Shown piece after piece: positions 36,621-48,739 of a DNA stretch of 64,000 bases (position 1 is the stretch's first letter; each line of letters opens with the position of its first letter). A program made the position numbers and the translations under genes. Below the pieces are notes generated by a model. It saw nothing but the letters and a program-made list of their open reading frames with translations. It was not told the DNA's origin and did not search any database. This DNA comes from Pavona decussata. Lineage: Eukaryota. The DNA lies in assembly GCA_977016875.1 (NCBI GenBank), contig CDRNST010000088.1:2790001-2854000 (forward strand), given 5' to 3'.

Positions 36621-38609
36621 ACATAAGTGATGTAAATGTCTTACATAATTACATGTTTGACAGAAATAATTGAATATTTAAAAGCGGCCATAATGCAGTT
36701 TTAACCACTCTGTTTTTTTTTTCAAAACACTTATAAATTTGCACTTGGCAATATCAAAAAAAAAAAAAAAAAAAAAAAAAACAGAAAGAAAAACATTGAT
36801 TGTGTCGGGAAGGACATGAACATCCACTCCAACTGAGCTCTAAGTAAAATTGACAAATAAATTTGAGCTTAAAATTAAGTAGATATTAGGCAGTCATATG
36901 TAGATCTATCTATATAATCAGACTTTTTGGTTGTCGTTTAAGTAGTTCCAATTCAACAACAGTAGTGCAAGGTCAAGCGGGTACAAGCCATGAGAAGCCA
37001 CATGATCACCACAGATGAATCGCCCTGATGCATGGTTAAATAACTGTTCCCGACTAGTGTAATGAGAAATGTATGGATACCAGTGAGGAGAACTTGTATG
37101 TTGATATTAGTGTTTAACCCTTAAGAGTTGATGTCAGTAAGGATCAAAGATCGGGCCGACAGAGCTCAAAATTTGATTTCGCCTATTATTTGTACATTGG
37201 TAGGCCCAGGTACTATTCATATGAAATCAAGGTTTATTTGGCTAAATATTGTTTCGTTTCAAAGAAATTTGAATATAACTGTAAACGGTATTTTTCGTCG
37301 TAATAACCTTGAAAATTGCCAACTTTCACGAAGTTATTGAGTCATTTAGTCCATTGTTTTAAGGTGTCTTCACTGATATCCAGTTAATCTAAAGCTATTT
37401 CAGTCCACTGATTCCCAAAACAGCTTGCTAACGCTGCTCACAAAAAAATATATGATTTTTTAAAGAAGCACACCAACATCCTTCTCGAATTTGGTGCAAT
37501 GGCTGGTCAAAACAACATGTCAGAAATGCCCGCGGTATGCGACGAATCACACCAGAAAACCTTTTGGTATTCTTTAAAAGGATAGTTTTAACTATCTACA
37601 AGCTTATATGTTTGGGATCTTTCGTACTTTTTTGACAAATACTTCTTAAAGTGAGCACAATTCCGCCTTCCGCCATCTTGGAATGTCTTACATTATCGAA
37701 ACAGGCGAAACGGAAGTCACAGTTACGGCATCGAACGGTACATATTTTTTCACTTCTTTTGACTAAAGAATCTCCCATAAGCTTTAAGATCTACCAAATT
37801 TACCTGTAATCAAGTCCAATGTCAACAAAAAGCAGCAAGAAACGCACCATACTTCGGCGTGTCTACAATCGTAGTCTGCAAAGACTAAAAGTGACTCCGT
37901 GCTGTGACTCGGGCAACGTTTGGACTTTGACGCGCTTCACTGAGTCTCACTTGTGTACCCTTCGCTTGAGCTTTCAATACTCATCCGTTTCAATTTTCGT
38001 TTTGATACGTCTCATTCCATGGGCACTTTTAACTCTCCATCCCGCATCTCGTATAACAATATTCCATTTGTCACGCAATATGTGTGACAAGTGAACCGGA
38101 AATGAAATTCTCCTCAAACTCCTTTTCGGCATTTTAAGAAACTTTCCTGACTTAACAAAGTGAATCCTTCACTAAAACGGTCTAAATCAGAGGCTGCAAT
38201 TTTTAAATTAAATTTATGTGGGTAAATTAAATGATCTCAACTTTAACTATAATCACACATATATCTACAAATATCAAACCGAAACTAATGCCATTATTTT
38301 TTTAGAAATGACGGAGAAAATGCATGCCTTTGAAAATCTGCTGATTTTCACATATCAATCCTTCGTTAAAAGAAAAAGTTAGGGTAACTAACTTCTTTTT
38401 CGTCACCAGAGCTGCTATCAGTTTTTTTGGCTGGTTAAAAACCACGCAATCTGCTAATATGTACAAAGCCTCTGCTGAAAAACAAAATTGGTTCGCAATT
38501 CTTTGCCTTATCTTGTATTTGTTCTTGTTGTTCATTGTTCAGAAGCAAGGAAATTCCGGTTAAACGAGTGGGCATTAAAAGTACAGTCTCTTTATCTGAG
38601 CTGTGAACT

Positions 38610-38805
38610 TATGCATCAATTGCAGCTGCGTACAGTCCCCGCGGGCTGACCTCCGAAGTGGTCCGGGGTTGGCTATTGGCCGACCTCCGGGCAAGGCAAA
38701 ATTTGCTAATGCCCTACCCCCGGGACCGACAAGGGGGAAAATATCCCAGTGGCCCGCAGGAAGGGGGGGGGGGGACTAGGTGCAGCTGGAATTGATTGAT
38801 GCATT
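38610..38805. mobile_element. MITE inside Sola3
   Basis: Inverted ends atgcatcaattgcagctgc / gcagctggaattgattgatgcat. Confidence 0.6.
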
Positions 38806-38868
38806 AGGGCATTGCATTTTGCCTGACCCGTGTTCCCTGAAAACTTAAGTTATAATCACGTATTATAG

Positions 38869-38927
38869 CAACCTCGTTCCCAGGGTTCTCTCCCACCCGA
38901 TAGGAGAGAACCCTGGGAACGAGGTTG
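38869..38927. mobile_element. Hairpin micro-MITE CAACCTCGTTCCCAGGGTTCTCTCC...GGAGAGAACCCTGGGAACGAGGTTG
   Basis: Perfect ~25-bp inverted repeat; flanks gtattatag / gtgttataa. Confidence 0.75.
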
Positions 38928-38980
38928 GTGTTATAACAGGATACAAGCTTACAATTTCTTAGCCCGATTGTTCTACTCGA

Positions 38981-41900
38981 TTACACTCGAGCACAAGAGC
39001 ACTCCTTAACGACCTGTGTAATACGACTTATAAGTGGCTTTTTTCGTTTCTCCGTGATATCATCCACGTTTAAGCCAATATCTTCACAAATGTCCCTTAG
39101 CACTGCAACTGTTAAGGTAGATAATTTCTTTGTATGAACCAAACTGCAAATGTTACGGGAAAGGGCGACAATGGGGTGACGTAAAGCAATTTCTTCGCTG
39201 ACAACCTCCCTTAGGTGCGAATGTAAGGCCTCTGCCTCGACTGCACACTGCTCTTCGTCTTCACTTCCACTTTCTTCGTTCGATGTTGCTGACGTTTTTC
39301 GAATCCTTGCTGCCAGTCTTGAGAAGAATCCTGCCACCTGCTGTGGCGAAAGAATATCCTTTCCACTGAAAATACGAGCAGCCTTTTCGTCCCTCACTCC
39401 TCGCATTTCTTGCGATACCTGTTGTGGATCTGCCTTTTTACCACACTCCTTCCCGATGAGAAACTGTTCTGTGAGGAACTTTCTTTGTTCTTCTGTAGAA
39501 TGGGTTCTACTCCTTGTTGTTTTAAGAGCCCATCCCATCTCAAGTGTGGAGTGTAGTTTATCAACTGAGATTTTTGATGCCGCGTGGAAACCAAAAGTTG
39601 GAACTTTCGTTTGCTCTCCAATTATTCTCGCAGCGTATCCTTTTCTGGCTTTGTCAAACAGTGTTTCTTTTTCTAGCGCGCGCTTGTGCTTTCCTTCGTC
39701 TAAATGTGCTTGCAAACTTGAGGACCGCTGGAATGTCTGAATACACCCGTCTTCTGGGCAGGTAAAAAGGCCGCTTACTTCCTTTTTCTCTTTTTCTACA
39801 TCCATGTCTTGTCCTGCTGTCTCTTGCTGGTCAGGACTACTCAGCCGTTGTTCGGACAAAGATTTTTGCTGCACTTCCTTCCTAGGATTGATTTTTCTAA
39901 AGCTTGACTGCTGAGAGCGGGTATCAGGAGGCTTCAAAACTTCAAGTGGAGCAGGAAAGATACCATCGGTTTGAATGTCCTTCCATGGTACCAGCTTTCC
40001 AGGCCCGCTGTTATAAGCCTTCCATGTTGTGATACCATTTGGACATAACTGGAAGTTATTAAGCGTACTAATTCCGTCCCATTTGACCGGGTTTTTGCCA
40101 GCAGATAGTTCGGGAGGCTTCACATACTTCACAATAACGCCAGGAATACCGCCATTTGATTCAATGGCTTCTTTCATCTGCGCAGCGTTGTTCACATCGT
40201 GCCCCTCGTTTAAGTACACATTGATATGTCCTTTAATTGTTGCGGCCTGGCGGTCGGCTTCTCCCTTGCCCCCTTGTGGATCTGAAAAGTCGAACCTCTC
40301 CACCTTGACATCAGAAAGACTGTTCAACCTGCTTCCTACAATTGTTGACCCACAATGATAACATCCTGCGTTGTCCTGTTTGCAATACACTTTTTGCAGT
40401 TGTGGCCGACGCTCCTTTAACATCTCGATAACATCTTGTAAAATGGTGGTTACTGCAACGCTATCCTGAGGGCAACTCTGAAACAGGTGGACAAAAGTGA
40501 GCGTCTCAAGCAGGGCATTTGCTTCTGATCTTGTAAAAGCCACTGTGATGTGCCATGGAATACCACGTTTGGCGAACCAGTCACACTGTGATTCGCGAAA
40601 CTTTCGCGGTAAGAATTTCATCGCCCAGTCCATAACTAATAATGCTGAACTCCGAAATATGACATCTAACACGTCATGTTTTGCTTGATCCTGGTTAACT
40701 GTTCGGAGTTGGTGAGCTTTCCATGCCAAAATGTCCTTTTCAGCTTGAGCCACTAAACAGATACTGTCATCTCTTTCTTCTTCAGATTGAAGTTCTGCAC
40801 ACGCTTCTTTTATGGTAGACAGCACCCCGGTTAATTTATTGCATTCGTAGCAGACCTCATCGTGGTTATGGTTACACTTTCCTTGAAAACAACTATTTTT
40901 AGGATCACTTAGGGAAAACGTTAAACAGTGATCGGCAACTTCTGATTCCATGTAACGTGCACCTAAAATGTGAAAGATTATTATCGTCGTCATCATCATA
41001 GTTATCACTATCATCATAATTTTTACTATGATTTTTCGTTATTAATATCAGCTGCTTTAGGGTAAAATCTTTTAAAAGTGGTAAAAGAAGTTTGAAACTT
41101 ATTAAAGCTTGTCCGAACCGCTTAAAGGGCGCAAATTGAAGATAGCTTCCGCTTAATCGATGTTTCGAGGTTTAGCCTCAATACTAGTTAGTAAAATGCA
41201 GCCAGAGAAAGTTGACTTTCATGTTTATGACCAATTCGCTTAAATTTAGCATCAATCCAGCCAAAGTACAAAGTTAATAATCTACTAAAAGAATAACCAA
41301 ATATTAAGATAGCCTTACCTTGTAATCAGACCGCAGATATTGTTTGGCAGACCGAAGTGTTTGTTTCATTTCCTTGGCCCAGGCTTGTGACTTTGCTTGA
41401 TCTGCTACCTTGTCTACAATCTCGCTAAGATCTTCGATTGCCTTACTGCCTTGTGCAGAGAAGTTATCCAAGCCCTGCAGAGAGGTGCGCACTGACGCAG
41501 AGCAAACGTCTAGTACTCGGAGTTGTGTGCGCTTGCTCATCGGAGTGAAATTGGTCTCTGTACAAAACTGAAAATACTGTTGTGTTATCCGTTCTGGTAT
41601 TAGCATCCGTACGACATTAGGTGTTTTAATCACCTCCCCTGTTGAAAGTTTCAGCATCTTTTCTCCAAATGGCATGTCTTGTACAATATGAGAACTTGTA
41701 ATAAAGTCGAGAAAATGATCAACTTTGGCGAAATCAACCTTCATACGCCTAGTGATATCAGTAGGTACGATCGCACCTCTACCATGTAACAGTCTATGAT
41801 GCCGCGCGATGTTAAATCTGTAAGGCGTCACCCCAGGAATGTAATGCGTCAGTTCCTTAAGCGATAGTTGTAAAATTTCTTCTTCGGCTTGTGTTCTCTC

Positions 41901-42441
41901 AGATGGTAAGCTTTCACCTAATGTGGTCAATAATTTATCACTTTGTCCTGGAGCAATTACTTCAAGAACCTCTTGAACACTTTGTTTTGCTTTACGGCTG
42001 TACCTTCTCTTTGTGCGCTCGTTAGCACTTTCCCATGGAACGGACAACTTATGTCGAACAGGGCTAACATCACGAGAGGCTAAAAAATCGTTTAACTTTT
42101 TTAAAGGCTCTTTTGCCGCATCTACTTGGCTTCTATGCGGTGTGTTCTCAAAATCAGAACCTTCCAAATCCGATTCTGGGATGAATATACTCTCTCTTCT
42201 TTCATCAACATGAATTACTTGGGTTGCTGCAGTTTCTGCCTAAAATTTCACAAAATTTGAAAAAAAAAATTAAAAAGTCTGAAGTAAGACCCCAAAATAC
42301 TTCTTCTTCCAATTTCTTTGTTGTCAGTACAAACATAAAACACTTTGAACGTACTCAAAATTGGATTCAAACTAGCTGCGTACGGTTTCTAATATTACAA
42401 GGAAAGATCTTTGTAGTTTGTAGACATAAATCATAGAATGT

Positions 42442-42494
<53 letters not shown>

Positions 42495-43776
42495 CAGAGT
42501 AAGCTCACCTAGATGCTCTGTAAGTTCGTCAAAATCTGATTGTGGCAGACTGCTTTCAGGGGTATTTGCTTGTTTCGTCAGGTTCTTTCGACACTTAGTA
42601 CAAACCGCTAAAAAAAATATAAAAAATTACAAAAATGTTAACCCACTCTTTTTATATTTTCTCACCCGCACTTGCATTTCTGATTTCTTGCTACACCATT
42701 TATCATTTTTACACACGCCCCTCTCTCATCGTTTTCTTTTTCGACCTTGGTTCAGCGTATCGCTCGGCTGTAATTCTTACTTTGCGAACCACAAAAGAAG
42801 AAAAAAAACACATCAAAAAACCGCCAGCTACGTAGACTATATGCGAGGCTACCCTTCGAAATCGGTAATGCGCAGCTTGGCTCCTTTCCAGAAATGGCGC
42901 CGAAATCACAGTTCTGAGTGTGAACAAAAGCCCTATCCTGGGTTTGGTTTTCTTGCCGGAACAAAGATATCTTGCATAATGTGAACATAGGGTTAAAGGC
43001 CTGTTTATGTGAAGTGAGCCAGCCCGATTAGCCCAGCTTGCCTGCTTTATCCGGCTGGCTCGGCTTATACCCTGTGTCCTTATAAAATTTTTGCTATGTT
43101 TATATGAGAGACCAGGCTGACGAGATACTGGTTGCCTTGAGGAGAGATTTCTGCAAGTGGGTCTTTCCGGCTTCATATATTAACAAAACGGAAATTTTAA
43201 AGGGAACCAAGGTATTAGCCGAACCATTCCAATAAAACGGGCAAGGCCAAGCTAACTGAACTGACTCACCATTTTATCGACGGCAGAGATATGTTTGATG
43301 TGTTATATGACGTCATACGTTATAAACAAATGTGTTACTCCCTCAAGTATTACAAAAGAAGAAGGATTATATTTACCTGAACCAACTGGAATGAATTCAC
43401 CAGTGGCTTCCAATATGTACTTCGACTGAGCCAAGCTACAACCCCACTCGGCATTTTTCTTGGATTCTTCACTGTGTCCAGAGAGTTTGCCTGGAACACT
43501 GCATACCCGCTTAGACCTTCGCCACCCAATACCCAAACTAACGCGGTGCAGCGGACAGATAGTCATGTCGTGGATATTTTCTGGCGTTTGGAAACAACCA
43601 CTGCGGGCTAGAATAAGCTCAATTTCCATTTCGCAGCCACTGAATTGAAGCTGTTTTTTGTGGCTCGATATATTCTTTGAGCATGATACCAAGGGTACGA
43701 TTTTACACGACGCAGTCTTTGACTTTGGATCAGCCCCGCATTCTCCACCGACCAAAAGTGAGAAGGTACACGCCAT
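38981..43776 (-). pseudogene. Sola3-type DDE transposase, 4 exons (43776-43377, 42607-42495, 42239-41319, 40962-38981), 1-nt frameshift at the start of exon 4
   Basis: GT-AG introns in phase for exons 1-3. LVMDWAMKFLP, WFAKRGIPWH, KQDNAGCYH, DFSDPQGGKGEADR and C2H2 finger CPEDGC...LQAHLDEGKH. Confidence 0.85.
42443..42494 (-). repeat. (GTAA)13 microsatellite at the exon-2 splice donor of the Sola3 transposase
   Basis: (TTAC)n on the + strand directly abuts exon 2. Confidence 0.92.
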
Positions 43777-46409
43777 CGCTCAATATTGTAAGTCAACGTT
43801 TACGTTTAACGATTAACTCGGCGCCATTTTACTTCCTTGAGAAATTTACGGTGAAAATTAGTTTTATGGAGAGAGACTTGTAGACTGAAACAATGATAAC
43901 ACAATACTGGTTGTAAGTACGCCAAAGTAATTCAATTATCAAGTGCTGCAAACGTAAATATATTTTTGATGCATCTTGTTTATGCCAGTCTCAATCCCAA
44001 TTTTCATTTTAAGGGACTTTACGCCAGTCCAAATCAAAGTTTTCTCAGTTTTGAAGGGATCTTTAGCCATAGACGGATTTTTTATTGTTTCAGTTTAAAT
44101 GCCGTGTTGACAACCGCGAAGTCGCGATGTACTATTTACACAGGTGTTCTGTATTTGCATAATGGCTTCGTGCGGTCCAAAAAAAAAAGAGTTCGTGAAG
44201 TCCTTTCCTCTAAAGGAAACGGAATATATAGCGGAGGATTTCAAAGCGGAAATCGCTCATACGTTGTTCGACGTTATGTGAAGTCTTATAACGGTGTCAA
44301 AGGTCGGTGCGTGACGTGTTGGAAATCAATGTCACGATATCATGCATGGAGTCTCAATCCTATAAGCCACTGCCAAACTGCCGTTAACTTTAAAAATAAC
44401 GTAAGGGCAGCGACTTAGTGATATATCAAGCTAAATCTCACTTGCACTTATAATTTTAGACTCAATTAATCCAAAAGTAATACGATTTTTGTACGGTACT
44501 TTCTCGCAGTTTCAATATAGCAGTCATCGAAAAATCTTGCAAATTAGCAATCTTCGGGGCAGTCGTATCGAAAAACTAAAAAAGATCCCAAAGAAATGAA
44601 AATGAAACATAAAACATCTATCCTTAAACTGTAGAGAAAGCTTAGTCTGAGGATATATTTTGGCGTACCGACCAGATTTTTAGGCAAGTCTTTTATGTCA
44701 CTTTAGAGCTATTCAGAAAAGGCAACGAAGTGCCTTCCGCGAAAAGTTCTCTACGAGTCATATGAAATAAATTATCAGTCATCATAGACAATATTTAATT
44801 GACCAAGGGACAAGCTATTTATTCATAGTAAGAAATCATTTATAGGCTTTACCCCGCAAACTTGAAAGAGTCACGAATATAGTAAAATTTCGGTTCATCA
44901 AAGAGGTCATTTTGGTGCAAAACGGACCCAACCGATTTTATTTAATTCCCCTTATGAACACAAAAATTAGACAAAACTAACCCTATTTTGTTAACTACGA
45001 TACAATACTCTATCAATGTAAAAAGTATCAGCGAAAACGAATTTTGAGCTGTGTCCGTGATTTTGGGATTATCTCCGATTCTTACTGACATTGACTCTTA
45101 AGCCCTCAAATCAACACATTCAAATTCTCCTTACTTAAGCTAGTGTCTATACATTTCGTATCATTAACTAGTAGGAAGATTAGTTCTTCAAACAAGACAA
45201 TTCGTCTGCCTGATCAATGGCTCGTACCCGTATTACCGGAAAGAAGAAGCTGGTCACTGGCATAAAAATAGTGTGGCTGGGCTGGGCTGGGCGGTGCTTT
45301 AATAAATGGATGTGTCAGGTATAAATTAGGATTTTTTCAGGTGATATTTGGTGAGGTGTTTTACTTCCTTGTTCTGTTGCATATTGTAGGTGGTGATTAG
45401 GCTTTGAGAGTGATCTTTGAAATTTAATCTTTGACTCAGAAGAGGTGAAAAAGGGTTTATGTAAGCAATATATATAGTCTAGCATTCCATACCTATAGGT
45501 ATAAAACCCTAATTTCTAACTGACACAGCAATTCAAAGCACAGTCAATCTGCCACATGTCAAACAGGACATGGTAAGTCACTGTTAAAAACATGCTGTAA
45601 GTTGATCAAAAAACCATGATTGTCCAGTGACAATGACTCGTGTTCTCAAATTGTTAAATATCAATCACTCTTGTTCATTCGCTAATAGCTATCTTAAAAT
45701 TATAGCTAAAGCATGCGTGGAGATTAAGTTTATATTTTTGTAATTGCACTTTTTGCTATATGTTGATATTCATTTTGGGGGTAATATAATATTTAAGATG
45801 TTGATTTCTATACAAGACTCCGCTAATATATAACTAGCAACGTATTGTTTGTAATAATAATTAAAATTGTTATTATTGTGGTAAAGACATGATTGAAACA
45901 TTAAAAGATATATAAATGTGCTGACATTTGCAATATTTCAAGAGTCATAACTTGCATTTTAATCATAATTGGGATTTATCAATATAGTTGATGCACATTA
46001 CCCATTTTATCTGTGATATTTATCCAGAAGGGAAATATAGAAAATTCCCAAAACCAAACAGCGGGTATCAAACTGTTCAATTCCCAGAATCGATATAAAA
46101 TTCCAATATTGGGAATAGCAACTTGGAATATATAATTCCCAAATTTTGTGTTTGGGAATTGTCTCACTTTCACAAATTAGGGATTTTCTTGGGAATTCTG
46201 AGAATTCCCAACAGAATTCCCAAACTGGGAATCTGGTATTTTTTTTCCTGTGCTACTGGAGGGATATGGATATTAAATGGAATCAAACACAACCATGCTA
46301 TGCTATTCATGCTATGTTCCAAATGTGATTAATTTTTGTGCCTCAATAGCTCAAAGCTAGGGATGCACGTTTAATCTCAACTATATGTTATTGCTGTTAC
46401 TTGACCCAT

Positions 46410-47853
46410 TCATGACTGAAAAGAAATTCTATTCCAGGTCAACAGTGTCTCTAATTCTCTAATGAGGGAGTGTTGCAAGTTTACCAATCCAGCACATAAT
46501 TTCAAAATTTTTTTAGTGTAACATCTCAGGTATGGTGGAATAAAGGTTAGAATCTTAAAATCTTTTAAACGTGCATTTGCTCTTTCCACATGAGTTCTGC
46601 ACCGTGCAATAGTCTTTGTTAGCTTAATTGCACTCTCGTTGAATTTCCCATTATATGAAAATGGGGGAATGTTAACAGACACACCAGTGGGAACCACATC
46701 AGCTATCAAAAAGCCTTTGTCAGTAAGTATCAGATCTCCAGATTTTCTACAACGGATTTATCCGATGTTGAGCCTGGAAACAGTTGACCAACATGAGTGA
46801 TAACAGCATTTGGTGCAACTCCAATAAGTGTTTTGAAGGAGTTCATTCCCCTGTATGTTGAGTAAGTCAATTTCTGATCACTCATTAAACCTGGCGCTGC
46901 AATTTCTACATCAGTGCAGTCGATGAACATTTTGCAATGCTTAAACAGTGAAAAAGATTCTGGCATAGAGGTTCTGTTCTTCTCTCTTGATGGCACAGAT
47001 TTTAAGCAGTCTTCATATAGTAGTTTGTATAGTACATGAACAAATGTAAGTGTTATATTACTGAATGTTGCAGTGCTACAGTGAAAGAACTCACCCAAGA
47101 GTAGGTTTGTGTAGTTCTGTCGTAATTTCATGACAGTTATAAAAACTTGATCTTCTAACAGGATCCTTTCAACCTTCCAGCCATAGAAATAATTTATTTC
47201 TGCTGAGAACCCCCTAACATAGTTCACAACAATTGAAAATATTTGCTTGTTTGGTAGACCTGTTTCCATACATATTACTTCATCTGTCAAGGCCATTACC
47301 GAATACATTTCTCTTTGATATTGCTCATGTGACTTTCTGTCCTCCAATTTCTTTCTCAGGTTTTCCACTTCGACTACAAGAAGGACATTTTGTGCAGAGG
47401 CATTGTTGGTTTCACACTTAGAGGCTTCATCACTTGATGAGCACGAATCGTTAAGTTGCTTCATTAATACCAGAAACCAGCACCAAGTCACTGTTATCTT
47501 CTGAAGTTGACTTCTTCGTCTTAGCTAGTTTTGGCGTACGTGTCTCAGAATTTGGACAGTTTATCAGCATTTCGTTTTCTTTTCGGTCTTGTCTATTAAA
47601 ACAGATTTATTATTTCGAACGAACATTAATACACATTAAAAGCCGCTATTGTAAAGAGTAATTAAAGCTTAACTAGAACAATAGGAAGAATTCAATGAGT
47701 CAAAGTTCACTACGAACCGTGTTCCTAGTGTGTTGGACCTAAACTTAAGAGTTTTTTCCACCAATTGAACTTACTAGGTTCTTTTGGAAACCTGAAAATT
47801 TTACATGTTTCTCTTTCTGATTGATTACAATCTGGAGCAAAACATTGAACCAT
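46410..47853 (-). pseudogene. ISL2EU transposase (THAP + HTH + DDE_Tnp_4), degraded
   Basis: MVQCFAPDCN...FRFPKE (THAP start); ETGLPN, LEDQVFITVMKLRQN, FIDCTD, YSTYRGMNSFKTLIGVAPN, GSTSDK, TDKGF and RTHVERAN. Confidence 0.88.
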
Positions 47854-47963
47854 CTTGGCCTTATCCTTGTTGCATTACCCGAAGAGAGATGCCATATTGA
47901 TCCTTTGTTTAGAACCGGCCAAAATGCTTCCATGGTAATGTGACGTCAATGCTTCGGTACTCT

Positions 47964-48379
47964 ATTCCCAAGATTTTGACAGGATCGTGCATCCACTGAA
48001 ACAGAGTGGAGCTATTCTTAGACCATTTTCCCAACCACACTGCTTTTGTTTTTTTTGACATTGAGCTGCAACCCTGAAATGCCTCCGAAGTTATTTATGG
48101 TAACAAAGGCATTTTCTACAGAGGTTACATCAACACAAAATAAATTAGTATCATCCGCAAATTGGCTAATTTTAACTTCATTTCCAAATAAATTGATTCC
48201 TTTAACAAGATTGTTTTGACGAATTTTAGCAGCTAAAATTTCAACACCGAGAACAAAGAGATATGGCGAGAGTGGACATCCCTGTCTTACTCCTCTCGAT
48301 GGTTTAAACCATTTGGTTGCGAAGCCATTGCTTAAAACTGCTGTTTGTATATTTGCATAAAAAACGCTAATCCATCTTT
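47964..48379 (-). mobile_element. L1/Tx1 LINE, 5' part (RT core); same copy as 20559-22128
   Basis: GVRQGCPLSPYLF, SQFADDT, SGLQLN and WLGKW...VKILG; bounded by the second TSD copy. Confidence 0.9.
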
Positions 48380-48739
48380 TAACTGTACATGTTTCATGAT
48401 TCATTACTCACTACTAAGTTTTAAATTTTCTGTTAATTGAAAGAGATAGCTGATAAGAAGTTTGACCTTATATCTGTTATCACAGTTATCAACAGAAGCC
48501 AGGGTCTGGTTGGATTAAATATGGCCTGAATATCAGCCATCTCCTCTCCAGATGATTGGTGAGAGACAGGAAACAAGTAAGGTGAGGTTTTGTCTTAAGT
48601 ATACAGGGAAGGCCCCTTGTTTAGCAAGCATATTTTTGTAGCCTCTTTATCAATTGAATAGTTATAAAAATGATTGAGTGACAGTGCTCTGTTGCTTATA
48701 AACACAGCTTGGCCCAGGCATCCAGTAGCCACTTTCTTT

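Larger units (their letters stand above)
37125..45097 (-). mobile_element. Sola3 DNA transposon, 7973 bp
   Basis: GAG...CTC termini, TIR GAGT(T/C)(G/A)ATGTCAGTAAG(G/A)ATC and TTAA TSD (37121-37124, 45098-45101); transposase inside. Confidence 0.8.
24012..46252. mobile_element. EnSpm/CACTA (CMC) DNA transposon, 22.2 kb with nested insertions (about 10.3 kb net)
   Basis: TIR CACAGGTAAAAATGCCAGATTCTCAGTTTGGGAATT vs the reverse complement of the right end CACAGGAAAAAAAATACCAGATTCCCAGTTTGGGAATT. 3-bp TSD CTA (24009-24011, 46253-46255). Dense TTGGGAAT/ATTCCCAA subterminal repeats at both ends. The flanks rejoin a MITE. Confidence 0.9.
22128..47963. mobile_element. ISL2EU (PHIS superfamily) DNA transposon, about 3.6 kb net, inserted in the LINE
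   Basis: Imperfect TIRs ccgaagtgtgacgtcatgttaccatgg / ccatggtaatgtgacgtcaatgcttcggtactct followed by AT; the left outer bases are deleted. Convergent YqaJ and THAP-DDE genes. The flanks rejoin the LINE ORF as VKILG-IHFSYD. Confidence 0.85.

Noticed and set aside
42635-43200. Several overlapping 60-155 aa ORFs
   Set aside because: They lie in Sola3 intron 1, look like small repeat insertions and show no protein motifs.
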